Shown in pieces: positions 25,943-39,088 of a stretch of 64,000 bases of DNA. Numbering within the stretch: the first letter of the stretch is position 1; every line of letters begins with the position of its first letter. The notes under the pieces are model-generated. The model was not told the DNA's origin. It saw only the letters and a list, made by a program, of their open reading frames with translations, and made no database searches. The DNA is taken from the NCBI RefSeq assembly GCF_038025025.1, contig NW_027117342.1:2108001-2172000 (forward strand), given 5' to 3'. The translations under genes and the position numbers were made by a program. The DNA is from Phyllosticta citribraziliensis (lineage: Eukaryota).

Positions 25943-28900
25943 ATGGGCAAGCTCATCCGCCTCGAGCTCTTCAGTGCGCACCCAACACCACCGGCCTACA
26001 TGTTTGCGACTGCTAATCGACCATAGACTTCAAGTCATACAGAGGTCATCATGTCCTGCTGTTCGGCGACTCGCACTTCACGTCCATCATTGGACCCAAT
26101 GGCTCCGGCAAGTCCAACTCGTAGGTTTTTACTCTGTTCCTGCAAAGAGTCTGCCTGACCGCATCTAGAATGGATGCCATCTCTTTCGTCCTTGGCATAA
26201 AGTCGTCTCACCTTCGATCAACTCACCTACGCGACCTCGTCTACCGCGGCCGCGTCTTGCGAACATCCAAAATCAATGCCGACGGAACCGCAACCGAACA
26301 AAATGGCGATGCCGAAACCAATGGCGAGGCAAATGGCGAAGTGCACTCGGACGATGACAGCACACAGCGTAGCAGCCAGCGCAACGATCCGCAGACCGCC
26401 TGGGTCATGGCTGTCTACGAAGACGACGCTGGCGACGAGCAGAAATGGAAGCGCACCATTACCAGCCAGGGCCAGAGTGAGTACCGAATAAACAACAGGA
26501 TTGTAACCGCAAAACAATACAATGAGGCTCTGGAGGCGGAAAATATCCTCATCAAGGCGCGCAACTTTTTGGTCTTCCAAGGCGACGTGGAAGCTATCGC
26601 CTCGCAATCTCCCAAGGATTTGACAAGGCTCATTGAGCAAATTTCGGGTAGCTTGGAGTTTAAAGCCGACTACGAGAGATTGAAAGTGGAGGCAGAGAAG
26701 GCCGCCGACGACCAGGGCTTCAAACTCAACCAACGTCGTGCGATCAACTCCGAGATCAAGCAGTATCAAGAGCAAAAGAAGGAAGCTGAAAACTACGCTC
26801 AAAAGGCGGACGAGCGAGATCAGGCCATTGTCACGCACGTGCTGTGGAAGCTGTACCACCATCAACGGGAAATTGAGGAGGCCACGGCCGAGATTCAAAA
26901 ACACCAAGAGGAACTCAAAGAGCACAAGCGCAGCGTCGAAAAATACGAGCAAAAACTCGAGGAAGCCAAGCGTGCGCAAGCCAAGGTTGGCAGAGACGTC
27001 TCCAAGGTCGAGCGGAATATCAAGGACAAGGAAAAGGAAATCGAAGACAAGGAAAACAGTCTGGTGCCCATTGACGAGAAGATCTCCATCTCCAAGAGAA
27101 ACTTGAGCAAGTACGAGGCTCGCATCGCCGAAATCACCAAAGAGCGAGACAACCAAGCGCGCAACGTGGACCAGCTGAAAAAGGACCTCAACACTGTTCA
27201 GAAAGCCCAGAAGAAATGGGAGGACGACTTTCGTCAGACTGCCCAGGCTGGCCAGGAGTTGACCGAGGCAGATTTGCAGGAATACAGTAGACTTCGCAGC
27301 GAGGTTCAGAAACGCACTGCAGCTAACCAAATTCGAATCGACAACCTTACTCGCCAACTAAAGACGGACGAGGAAACAGTCAACAGCTTGAAGAGCAAAG
27401 TGGAAACCACGCAGGCTCAAGCAGCAAAACTTGACGAGGAAATCCAGCAGCTTTGTGAACGGCGCGACAATCTGAAAGCGCAGCTCAAGCAGGCGCAAAA
27501 GGAAATCGACACGAAGAAGAAAAATTTCAACCATCTGACTTCGGAACGCCTTAGGATGGCGCAGAAGCAGACCGAGCTTGAGGAAAAGCTTCAAGACGTG
27601 CTCAACAAGCTCGTTGAGGCTGATGACGGCCGCCGAGAAAGCGAAAAGGAGCTGCGCGCAAAGGAGACCGTAGCTGCCATGAAGAGAATTTTCCCTGGAG
27701 TAAGAGGCAGGGTACATGAGCTCTGCAGGCCAAAGCAAAAGAAATTCGATACGGCCGTTAGTACTGTTCTAGGTCGTCACTTTGATGCGATCGTTGTCGA
27801 TACCGAAAAGACCGCAAAAGACTGTATCCAATACCTCCGCGACCAGCGTGCTGGACAGGGCACCTTCATCCCTCTCGATACCATCCAGGTCAAGGCTGTC
27901 AACCCCAACCTAAAGGGCATGCACCGCGGAATGCGTTTGGCCATTGACACCATCGAGTATGACAATGCGGTTGAGCGCGCCATGTCGTATGCGTGCGGCA
28001 ACAGCATTGTTTGTGACGATTTGAAAGTCGCAAAGCACCTGGCATATGAAAGAGGCGTTGATGCGAAAGCAGTCACTCTTGATGGTACAGTCATTCACAA
28101 AGGTGGCCTGATGACTGGTGGCCGAGGGCCACAAGATCGCAACACTCGCCGCTGGGAAGACGCCGAAGTTGAAAACCTCAGGCGGCTCCGTGACAAGCTT
28201 TTGGCTGACCACGCTGCCCTTCCCAAGGCACACCATCGTGGGTCCGAGGAAGAAACGCTGCAAGCGGAGCTGGACGGCCTGCAGCAAAGAATGGACTACA
28301 TGAAGGAGGAGGTCAAGGCACTCGACCGCAACATCGAGAGCAAGCAACGTGAGCACGCCTTCCAGGTTGAACAACACAACGAGGCGCGGCCAAAGTACCA
28401 AGAACAATCCGAAGGCCTGCAAAACCTTACGAGCAATCTTCAAACCATCAAGAACTCGGTCGGCGAGGTTGAGGACGAGGTCTTTGCGGATTTCTGCCAG
28501 CGTCTTGGCTACGAAAACATTCGCTCGTACGAAGCCCAACAGGGCCATCTTCAGCAGGAGGCTACACAAAAGAAGCTAGAATTCACGTTGCAGCGCAGCA
28601 AACTGGAGAACCAGCTCAGTTTCGAAACTCAACGTCTGCAGGGCACCAACGACCGAATCAAGGCCTTGAAGGACCAGTCCACTCGTGATGAGCATCTCAT
28701 TTCGACTCTGGAGAACCAAAAGGAAGGTATCCAAAACGAAATCGATGTCCTCAATGCGGAGCTCGAACAACTCAAGGAGCAGCTTGAGCAGCTAAGGGAA
28801 AAGTTCACCCAGCGGGCAGAGAGAGTAGCCGAGGAGCGTCGGGAACTGCAAAGACGCAACAAGAGCGTCGAAGGCACATTGAAGGCAGTTTCGAGCTTGG

Positions 28901-29965
28901 AAGCCGAGGTTCAGCGCAACGCTTCTGGTAGATATGCCTTGCTGAGGAAGTGCAAGATTGACGAAGTCAATATTCCCCTTCAGCAAGGTAGTAGAAGTCT
29001 CGACTCGTTACCCCTGGACAATCTCATGAGAGGGGTGGGCGATCCCGATGCCATGGACGTGGATGGTGATGAGAACGCCACGCAGACGCCGGGCGACGTC
29101 GATGTTCAAGACTACGGCATCCATGTAGACTTTGAGCAGTTGGACGAAGAGTTCAAAGAAGTGAGTTTTTGCATGATGTTTGAATCATATCAAGCTAATA
29201 GAATCAGGACTCTTCCAGTCGATGCGAAGAAGGTCTCCTCGAAACGATTCACACCATTAGTTCTGAACTGGAGAAGATGGCTCCCAATATGCGCGCCAAC
29301 GAGCGCCTTGAGGGCGTCGAGTCCCGCCTCAAGACAACCGAAAAAGACTTTGAATCAGCACGTCGGTCAGCCAAGCGGGCTCGCGACGATTTCGACGCTG
29401 TCAAAGACAAGCGTCTCGAGCTATTCAACAAGGCATTCTCCCACATTTCAGAACAAATTGGGAGCGTCTACAAAGACCTCACGCGCAGCACAGCGTTCCC
29501 CCTCGGCGGCCAAGCATATCTCGATCAAGAAGACAACGACGAGCCTTACCTGGCGGGCCTCAAATACCACGCCATGCCACCGCTCAAGCGCTTCCGCGAT
29601 ATGGAGCACCTGTCGGGCGGCGAGAAGACGATTGCGGCGCTGGCGTTGCTGTTCAGCATCCACAGCTTCCAACCCTCGCCCTTTTTTGTGCTTGACGAGG
29701 TCGATGCCGCCCTCGACAACGTCAACGTGATGCGCGTCGCCCAGTACGTCAAGGACCATGCCGGTCCCGGCATGCAATTCATCGTCATCAGTTTGAAGAC
29801 GGGCTTTTTCCAGGAGAGCGAGAGCTTGGTCGGTGTCATGCGCGACCAGGTGGCTAACTCGTCGAGGACACTGACGCTGGATGTGAGTTTTTCCTGCTTC
29901 CCCATTTTCCTCGTGCATATCGGTTGCTGACTGGCTTTTAGTTGCGCAAGTACCAACCCACCTAG
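25943..29965 (+). CDS. SMC1: Cohesin subunit SMC1
   Basis: MGKLIRLELFNFKSY; Walker A GPNGSGKSN; coiled coils; hinge; PPLKRFRDMEHLSGGEK signature; Walker B FFVLDEVDAALD. Introns 25974-26026, 26121-26168, 29161-29207 and 29883-29941. Ends LRKYQPT-TAG. Confidence 0.97.
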
Positions 29966-30258
29966 GCTCCAGGGTCGGGTCGAGCTTGTCAGGACTAATG
30001 TTGGATTGATGATGAAGCGCGAGGGAACAATACGCGGTATTGCGATGGGATGTTCAAAGACTGCGCTTGTGTTTGTGCAGATTACGGGTAATTAGCACGA
30101 CGCGGAGAACGAAATCAGTCGTAGTGGCATTCATCGTTCTTGTATAGAGTCACCTGCACTATTTTACGATTCTGGATCAATGATGTGCTTGCGGGAGTAT
30201 GAACATGGAGATCTGAATTCAAACCAGCGGAACTTACATAGATGAGCTCGACTATCAC

Positions 30259-31655
30259 CTACCACCACTTCTCGCAAAGCACCCTCTCCTTCCCTAACCC
30301 CTCAACTTCTTCCAGCACCTCGACAAACTCATCCGTCATCAGCTGCGGCCCACAAACGTACGCCACCGTCCTCCGCCTCTCCTCCAGCACCTCAGCCGCA
30401 ACGTTTTCAACAACGACGTCACTATCCTCCTCATGTTGCGCCCCTACACACGTGAGCACATCTCCCTTCTCCACTCTCCTCCGCAACACCTCGACATTGC
30501 GCAAACCTGCCTGTCTCGCCTGCGCCTCCACGCGCTCCACGTGCTTTGCCTGCCCCGTCACGCACAGCGTCAGCTCAAAGGTGTTGGGCGTGAGCGCCGC
30601 GATGCGCAGCAAGCGGTCCAAGAACAGCACAGCGCCGGTCGCTGGCGCTTTCGTTGCGTAAATGAAGCGCGTACATAGGGCTGGGAGCGCGTTTGTTTCG
30701 TGGAGGTGGGCCAGGATGGATATGAGGGGGCTGCGAGCGAAGGTCAGACGGGTCGGGTCGTGCTTTAAGCTCTCCATATGAGAGAGTTCGCGGTAGGAAA
30801 AAGAGCAGACTCACTTAATCCCCACGCCACCAGCGACAAACAGTACGTTACTAGGCGCTGGTACGGGGGGCGGCCACACGAAGCTGCCGCCGACGCGGAC
30901 AGCCAGCTGCGTGCGGTCGGCCTTGCGGGCTCGCCATATCCCCTGCGCAGGCGGGTTGGCGCTGCGCTGGATGGCGAGTTCGATGAGTGGTGGCGACACC
31001 TCGGGTGGCAGAGGGGCGACGATGTGCTTGTTTGGGGAAGAGCCGGCGGCGGCGGATGCAGGCTGCGCGAGAGACGGGGTTGAGGTGATAGTGAAGCCGC
31101 CGGCTTTGGGGACACCGGGGATGAAGACGTCGAGCCATTGGCCGGGCAGGAACTGTGGGTTGTATTAGTTGGTGTTGCAGGGGAAAGTTTTCGATTTTTG
31201 GGTATGGCGATGTCGGGAGGAAAGCGATGAGATCAAACATGTGTCCGTGACTGTCGTGGTAGACCAAGAAATGAAGATATGGGCACAACTGTTGTCCATG
31301 TGGTTGTAACTTGTCACAAACCCACAGAATAGGAAATCTGGAAGCTTGAAGTACAGCAAAAGAAGTAGAACGAACGGCAAAACTCGAACTAAATTCACCT
31401 CACCTTCAAGCCATTCTTGCGGTCCTGAACGCTCAACTTCAACAAGCGTATGTCCGGGTTGATCTCCTCAATTTTGGCAATGTTGACAAAGCGAAAGCCT
31501 TGCTGTCGAGGCTCGGCAGATGTCCTCTCTTCATGCGACAGCTTTGCGCGCTCTGAGCTCATGATGGAGAAGGATCGAGACGGAAGGCCGCTAATACTGC
31601 GAGTAGAGTACAGACGAGGGAGGAGAGACGCAAATCGGGGGCAAGGCCGGATCAT
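30259..31655 (-). CDS. FAD/NAD(P)-binding FNR-like oxidoreductase (OXNAD1-like), probable mitochondrial presequence
   Basis: Exons ~31655-31404, 31152-30815 and 30730-30259. FLPGQWLDV..AGGFTITS, LFVAGGVGINPLISI, YVCGPQLMTDEFV, and CEKWW at the C-terminus. The start could instead be 31790 or 31563. Confidence 0.85.
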
Positions 31656-32914
31656 GACACGAAGTTTTGAATCAATGCTAATATTTGTTGATTGGGATGG
31701 TAGCTCTAATGAGTCTCCTGCTTGCTTGATGAAACCTACCTGATGGTGTTGAAGAGCACGGGCCGCTGATGTCCGCGTAAAATACGCCATCCATCTTGCT
31801 TATCGATAAGCGTACAGATCCGTCCAGATCGGCGGACGGATTCCCATGAAGAATGACGGAATACAAAGTGAGTCTCAGGTATTCTGGTATCCAACGAGGA
31901 TGAAATGGTCTTTGGAGAGATCTCTGGGAACGTGTGCATCCCATTTGCCATCAAAAAGCATTTAGTACATGGCCGTTCTTCATTCTCTTGTGTTCAGGAC
32001 GAAGGTCAGGCTCCAAAATTCGGCCTCTTTTGAAATGATGGTCATGTTTGCAAGGGCCTTCGCTAATGTGGATCCTAGAGCTCTGGGCTGCAGTTATTGT
32101 TGTCGTGCCATTTGGACATAGGGATATCTCCATGTTCCAGCCGCCGGCACACAAGTCCCATGCGTTCTACAGTTTGTTGGATGAGCGTGCATGCAAGAGC
32201 AGCCGCTCCCCTAAATGGAGTTCTCGTATTTGATCCTTCGCCTGGCTCTTGAACGGATAGAAAGAATCCATGCGTTGATCCCAGGCAGACAACATGGGTT
32301 GCTTCGACCTGTGGTAATGGGGCGCAGAAGAGGCGGCATGTCCAAGTCCTATATGGAGCGTTTCACCAGGTGCAGAGTCCGCACTCTCAAGGAAGCTATC
32401 GCGAGAATCAAAACCTGTCGGTTATCGGATCCGCCCCCGGCCGTAGCACCAGCACCTTGGCATCCCGAAACGGGAGCTTATCCTGTAGTAGACTGGATCA
32501 GCGCCTCGGCAGAAGTTTGGACTACTGTCGAATTGTGATCCTACGTCTCTCGATGCATCTTACCCTTTTGATCTTTCCATCCGCGTCCCAAAGAGCACAA
32601 GGACAGGAACATCTCGAAAGGAAAGCCACCAACAGCCAGTAAAATTCCTGGAATAGAGTCGACAACACTTGCTATGTTGGTGGGGATTGATAAAGAGTCT
32701 TGGGGGCCGCAAGGCTCGTGCCGATCGAAAACTCCTGGTCAGTGACAAATTGCGGTGCATGTCGCGCCCGTGGGGGCTGAGTACAGGTGGGTGCCATGAG
32801 AGAGCTTGGGGGTTGCCGATGTACTTTAACAAAGTGTCGAGGTAGCTCGCTGCTGCCAGAATCACCATCTTCGGCCGCGACCTGTTTCGTTTCCTTTCTC
32901 TCGAGACGTCCATC

Positions 32915-33839
32915 ATGGTGCCATCCATTTTCCTGGTCCTCTCGTTGCTATCCTTCACCGCGCTCGCCGCCTCTGTCGAGGAAGCCACATGCTATTTTCC
33001 GAACAAGGGCATCGACACGGCCGGGTATGTCTGCAATGTAACGGCCGCAGCAAACGGAGAAGGAAGCGCCTGCTGTCTGCATGATGATGCGTGCTACGAA
33101 AACGGCACATGCTATCAAGACTGGTCTGGCATATCGTACCGGCGGAGCTGCACGGACAAGGATTGGAGGAGCGGGAACTGTCCAGATTTTTGCTTAAACG
33201 ATGGTTCCTAGATGCCGTTCCCGAGCCGTTTGCTAGCCGCCGGCCCGCTTCGTACGCTAATTTGGCGTCGGTCCAGGCTTTTCTGGCGATTACGCTCGCA
33301 TCACCCAGTGCATCACCGACACCGCCGCTTCTTGCTGTGTCGGAAATGGGAGTGAGTCATGTTGTGACGGCAACACGACCAACTACTTCACCTGGAGACC
33401 TGGATACATCAAAGCCGTCCTCAGCGGCGACGGCACAAACAGACTTGGTCCATACGTATCGGTCGACGGTACCAGCAGCGGTGCCACTACAACTTCGGCC
33501 GCAATTGCTGCTTCTACTGCCGCTGCTTCAGCCGCGAGCGCAGCGACAGCGACTTGCGAGTCGAGTGGCCAAAACTCCAAGGGCAAGACGGCAGCTACGG
33601 TGGCCAGTGGATTCTTTGGGGTTGCTTTCGCCATGTCATTTGGAGCGATGATGGCTTTTTGGATGAAGTATAGCAGAGAAAGAGCGCTGCGGATGCAAGG
33701 ACAACAGATGCTGGACCAAGTGCCAGTGCCACAGAACAGAATGGAGCCTTGTCCGCTGTTGGAGCTGTCTGGGCCAGAGCGCAGTGAGCTGGATGCGAGG
33801 GAATTGCCGAAGCATAATGGTCAGTCGGGATATCCATAA
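32915..33839 (+). CDS. Cys-rich type-I membrane protein (signal peptide, Cys-rich ectodomain, Ser/Thr/Ala stalk, one TM, short tail)
   Basis: Signal MVPSIFLVLSLLSFTALA; CYFPN..CC..C..NGTC..YRRSCTDKDW..CPDFC. Intron 33204-33276 (weak donor GTTCCT, branch GCTAAT). Exon 2 has TQC..SCC..SCC, a stalk, TM VASGFFGVAFAMSFGAMMAFW and tail ELSG..SELDA. Confidence 0.75.
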
Positions 33840-34217
33840 GGCGTAGACGCATTTGCGGACAAGAGAGGCGATGGGTCAACTACGACCGCATGTTCCGAGT
33901 CCATGTTCTACGATCGGTTGTGAGCTCCTGGATACGAGGCATGATGCAAGACTTACAGCAACGAGCAGACGAAGGTTTGTGGTGCAGAAGCGCACAAAGC
34001 CGACGTCGAAGTTTGAGTGCACCCCTTGCGTCATTCGCAGCTGCATGCTATCGATAGGGTCGCTGCAGACAACTGAGGTGAACCTTCACATGTCGGACTA
34101 ACGGATCTGTCAACAATCCCCCTCAGTTATACATACCGCTTTTCTACCTCTTTTTCTTCACGGCACACGCCCCGCCGCTTGTGTGGGCGCTGGCTTCCTA
34201 TGTCTTCCGGCACTATC

Positions 34218-35326
34218 ATGGACTCCTACTCCTTTGCTACGGAGGAAGGCTGGCACACGACCGAAGATGGCATGCGACTCTACACAAAAATCTGGAAGGT
34301 ATGTTAGCAAGATAGTGATGCGCGAATGCTGTGCGACTGACCATTGATGCAAGCCAAACGGTGACATTAAAGCGCGACTCGTCTTCGTACATGGCTTCAG
34401 CGACCACTGTTAGCGCCTACCGTACCCTTCACACTCTTTCCTCGCCCATCTAATCCTCGAGCTTCATAGGTAACGCCTACGGGATTCTCTTCCCTACGTT
34501 GGCTTCGCGCGGGATCCTCGTCTACACCTTTGATCAGCGCGGATGGGGTCGCTCAGTGAAGCACCCTTCGCAGCGCGGCCTCACGGGCCCCACCAGCCTC
34601 GTCCTCTCCGACATTACTTCGTTCATGAGCGCGCTTCCACCCTCGCCGCTCCCACTCTTCCTCATGGGCCATTCCATGGGCGGCGGCGAGGTCCTACATT
34701 ATGCCGCGACTGGTCCGCCCCATATTCTTCGCCAGATTCGCGGTTTCCTGTGCGAATCTCCATTCGTCGCATTCCACTACAAGAGTCAACCGTGGAGGGT
34801 GATGCTTATGCTAGGTCGGATAGCAGCAATGCTCGCTCCGAGTAAACAAATAGCGACCAATCTTGACCCAAAAACGCTAAGCCGAGACCCCGTGGTTCAA
34901 CAGGAGTATGTGGACGACGAACTTTGCCATGACACTGGAACTTTGGAGGGTGTGGCTGGATTGCTGGATCGAGCAGCGGCACTGGATTCTGGACAATTGA
35001 GAGTCAAAGACGGAATTGGCGAGGGTGGAAAGACGCGGCTTTGGATATCACACGGGACTGGTGATAGCTTCACAGCATACGCGCCAGTGAAACGGATGTT
35101 TGAAGGGTTCGACATTGAAGACAAGCAGCTCAAGTTGTACGACGGGTGGTCTCATAAATGTGAGCCGATCATGCCTCAGAACGGATTGGTAGAGCTGACA
35201 GCCACAGTGCACGCTGAGCCGGGAGAAGACAAGGTGATGTTTGCGAACGACGTGGTATCTTGGATAATGGAAAAAGTCGGGGAGGCGAACGGCGATGTGG
35301 AATTATGGACAAAGTCGAAACTCTGA
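34218..35326 (+). CDS. Alpha/beta hydrolase, monoglyceride lipase/lysophospholipase-like, C-terminal PTS1 (SKL)
   Basis: Introns 34299-34353, 34409-34469 and 35160-35207. VFVHGFSDHC, FDQRGWGRS, nucleophile elbow GHSMGG, HGTGD and GWSHKLHAEP; ends KSKL. Confidence 0.9.
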
Positions 35327-36271
35327 GGGCGGGTCGGGTGGGAGATTGAAGCGCAAGGCTGGATACTGTTTGACAATGGAAACAAGTTCCTGGTCTAGAA
35401 GCTTGGTGGAAAGCTTAGCTGTCACTTGAAGCGTCGCTGCTCCAAGGTTGAGGCATGGTGGCAGATTCCACAGACCTATGCAAATCCAACGCGTAAAAAG
35501 GTGACATTGCGAGTATTGTTCTCTTTCGTAGATCCTCCGCACTGTCGGCGCGAGCTAGACGGAAGTATTCGCGTGTGCAGTTTGATCTTGGAGCAAGCTG
35601 CTTATCATCAAAGATGTTTCGAGAAGGCAGACAGTGGTTGTTGTTGTCAAGACGCGTCGCGGGTAGAAGGCCGGCTCTGGACCCTTGGGCGTGGCGATTG
35701 AGGCCGATGCGAAAGGCAGAATGGTGGCGCATCATTGGCCTGGGTCGCAAGCTTGCGATGGAGCGACGAGAGGCGGAGGTCAAGAAAGCAAAGATGGGCA
35801 CGCCCAGTGCTTGTCATGGATCGGGTGTTGGTAGCTGACATGAGAGGTGTGCATCACTTGGATCACTGAGAGGCGGCGGCTCCGGGTTGGCCCGCGCGCT
35901 CAAGGTGTGTGAAATTCAAACCCGACTCTGCCCCATCACCACCCCATCCCACCACCACTCTCTGCGCTTCGCATCCTCGCACCCAACCCTCCACTCTTCT
36001 CGTCCTCCTCTTTCCGCTCTACCACTCTCGCCTCTCGCCCGTCTGGACCCTGCCTCGCCGCGCTTCCTGACGGTCCACCCACCCACCAAGCGCGCTTCGA
36101 GGTGCGCATCATCCAGCGCTCTTTTTCGCGCTCAATCCTTGCACACGCGCTCGGCTGACGATCTCTAGCATCTCAATCGATCATAGCTCTCCCGTTTCCT
36201 TGATCTCTCCTACGTTCCGTCTCGCTCCGCGTGCGCCAAACCGTCCATCTCTCCCTCCTCTCTACGGAAAA

Positions 36272-38077
36272 ATGGCCACCGAACAGCCTACCATGCCCAT
36301 GAACGGCACCTACGCTCAAGGTCAGGGCTACGGAGCCTCTGACCAAGCCTACGCCTCGCACAACGCCGCCTACAACAGTGCTCCTCAACAAACATCCAAC
36401 TCTCAGTCCTCCAGCTCCAACAGCGCTCAGACCGTCCCCAAGGACGAGGTTGGCTGGTACTTCGTCGAGCAATACTACACCACACTGAGCCGAAACCCCG
36501 ACCAACTTCACGTAAGTGTTCTCTGCTGGTCCAATTGCACTTCGCTAATTTTGGCAGCTCTACTACAACAAGCGCTCTCAGTTCGTGTCTGGCGTTGAGG
36601 AGGAAAAGGTCGAAGTCTGCGTGGGCTCCAAGGTATGAAATACGTGCCAATCTCTCGTCGAAAGCCACGCTGATCCATTTCCCTCCAGGCCATCAACGAC
36701 CGCATCAAGGACCTCGACTTCCACGACTGCCGCGTTCGCGTCACCAACGTGGATTCGCAGGGCGCTGACTCGCACATTGTCATCCAAGTCATGGGCGAAA
36801 TCTCTAACAGGGGCCAGCCTCACCGCAAGTTTGTCCAGACCTTTGTGCTCGCGGCCCAGTCCAACGGTTACTTTGTGCTCAACGACATTTTCCGATACAT
36901 CAAGGAGGAGGATGAGGAGGTGCCCGAGGAGGATGTTCAGCAGCCGGAGCCCGCAGCAGCTTCGACGGGCTACCACGAGCCTGCCCCGACTGCTGAAGAG
37001 CTCCCTGAGCCCCAGGCTCAGCATGAGATCGTCTCCCACGAAGAGGAGGCTGCCGAAGTCGACCACAAGCTCGAGGAGGTCATCGAGAAGGAGGAAGTCG
37101 TCGAGCGCCCAGTTTCCCCTCCCCCCGCCCAGGTCAACGGCACTCCGGTCCCAGAATCCGCTGAAGTTGTTCAGGCGGAAGAGGCACCCGCTGCTGCTGT
37201 CGGCGGTGCTGAAGTCGCTACCACCGAGGAGGCCGCCTCTGCTGCTGCCGATGAGGCTGCAGAGCCTGAGAAGCCCGCGGACCCCGAGCCTACGCCTGCT
37301 CCCGAGCCAGCAAAGACTGCGCCTGTGCCGGCTCCAGCTCCCTCAGGCCCACCCAAGCCTATGAGCTGGGCCATGAAGGCCGCATCTGCCGTCCGCAATG
37401 TCACCCCCGCTGTCCCGGCTGTCCCTGCTCAGACCTCTGCTCCCAAGTCTGCCCCAACCCAACCGAAGGCGGCTCCCGCTCCTGCTGTCCCTGCTTCCTT
37501 GGCTCCTGCTGCTCGTTCCGAGTCTCCTGCCGACAGCACTCAGGATGGCTGGCAGACTGCTGGTGGCGAGCACAACAAGCGCCAGTCTCGCACCCAGCCC
37601 CCGACGGGCGAGCCTACTTCAGTCCGCGCTTACATCAAGAACGTGTTTGATGTGACCGACCCCGAGGCGCTGAAGACTGTTCTGTCCAAGTTTGATAAGA
37701 TCACCTACTTCGACATCAGCCGCCCCAAGGTACGTGAACATCCCCGGTTGGTTCGGCATGAAGCTCACAATTATACACAGAACGCTGCCTTCGTCGAGTT
37801 TGCCACCCAAGAAGGCTTCAACGCCGCTGTTGCTGCCAACCCCCACCAGATCGGCAATTCTACCCTCTTCGTTGAGGAGCGCCGCCAGACGGGAGGCCAG
37901 TTCAACCGCTTCCAAGGAGGCCGTGGCGGCAACATGGGGCCCCGCGGCCGCGGCGGACCTGACAACCGTGCGGGCCAGGGTCGTGGTGGATTCAAGGAGG
38001 GCGGCCGTGGTGGATTCGCTCAGCGCGGCAGGGGTGGAAACGTGACGCCTCGTCGCGGTGGCACCAACGCTGCTTAA
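36272..38077 (+). CDS. NTF2 + RRM + RGG protein (G3BP/Bre5/Nxt3-like stress-granule factor)
   Basis: VGWYFVEQYYTTL..KFVQTFVLA..GYFVLNDIFRY (NTF2-like), an acidic/Pro-rich linker, RRM (AYIKNV, NAAFVEF) and an RGG tail. Introns 36512-36557, 36633-36688 and 37730-37780. Confidence 0.93.
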
Positions 38078-39088
38078 GCACGGGTCGTTGTACATGCCTT
38101 CTTCGATTCGTCGGCCGTTTGCGACATGGCCGTCGAGCGTGGTCATGCGATGCAACGACGCTCAAGGTGCTCACGACTTACGCCTCCACTTTCTCTCTTG
38201 TATTTTACGCCCCTTCCGAGGAAAAGTTGCTGCTTCTGCTCATGGAAAAGTACAGGTGTCATGGGGTCGTCATGCACGAGTCTTTGCCCAGCATAGCGAT
38301 TTGCTTTCTTTTTCATTTACTTTGTGTGTACTTCGGGGATCTTGATTCCTCGCCCTTGGGTTACAGAGGTGGCGGGTGGCTTTTGTCCAACGCCAGATGA
38401 ACCAACGTGGGGAGGCAGCGTAATGGTTGACTGGGTGGGACAGTTTTTCCCACAGGTACGGGTGCGGATAGCAGTTCTGCTTTCTTCTTTTCGACACAGA
38501 TGGGGTCTAGAGTGATGAACTGAGGTGGTTTCAGGGCAAAAGCTTCAATGGACCGTGGCGTGGGTCTGTATTGATAGGTAGGGAGACGTGGAGAGTTTCC
38601 TTGCGGGCAGAGGAGTTTTGGCCAATGACTTCTATACGGAAATCTGAGGCAGATGAAGGGACTTTGCACGCGCTGTTTATAGCTTCTGAATAGTCGGTCG
38701 TGCGTCGTGAGACAGTGGTGGTCGAGCATCCTGGGTTCCGATAACCTTAGGCACCCATGCATGCCGCCCACCTGACACGAAACCACGGCTGCCGTCATTC
38801 GACATCTCTCTCCTCTCTCCTCTTGCGCTCCTCAGAACGTCTACCGTCGACCCTGAACCTAAACCCGTCTCACCTCCTCTGCTCGCTTTGCTTTGCGCCC
38901 GCCGTCCTTTATCTGCCCACCGCTAGATCCGGCTTCAACAATCTAGTGGCCCCTGCGCTGGCGGGGTATCTGGGATCGTCGTCTACAGGCAGCCCGCTCC
39001 GCATCTCCCTTTGAACGCTCCGAGGCCTCGATAGACAAAGGCTATAGTCTCTGCATGATCCAAACTGCCAGAGCTACCACTACATACC

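Noticed and set aside
26227..29956. Long antisense ORFs overlapping SMC1 (and similar ones in other genes)
   Set aside because: Expected shadows of codon bias on the opposite strand.
31800..32640. Protein-like ORF fragments between the oxidoreductase and the Cys-rich gene
   Set aside because: No family recognised and no coherent exon chain.
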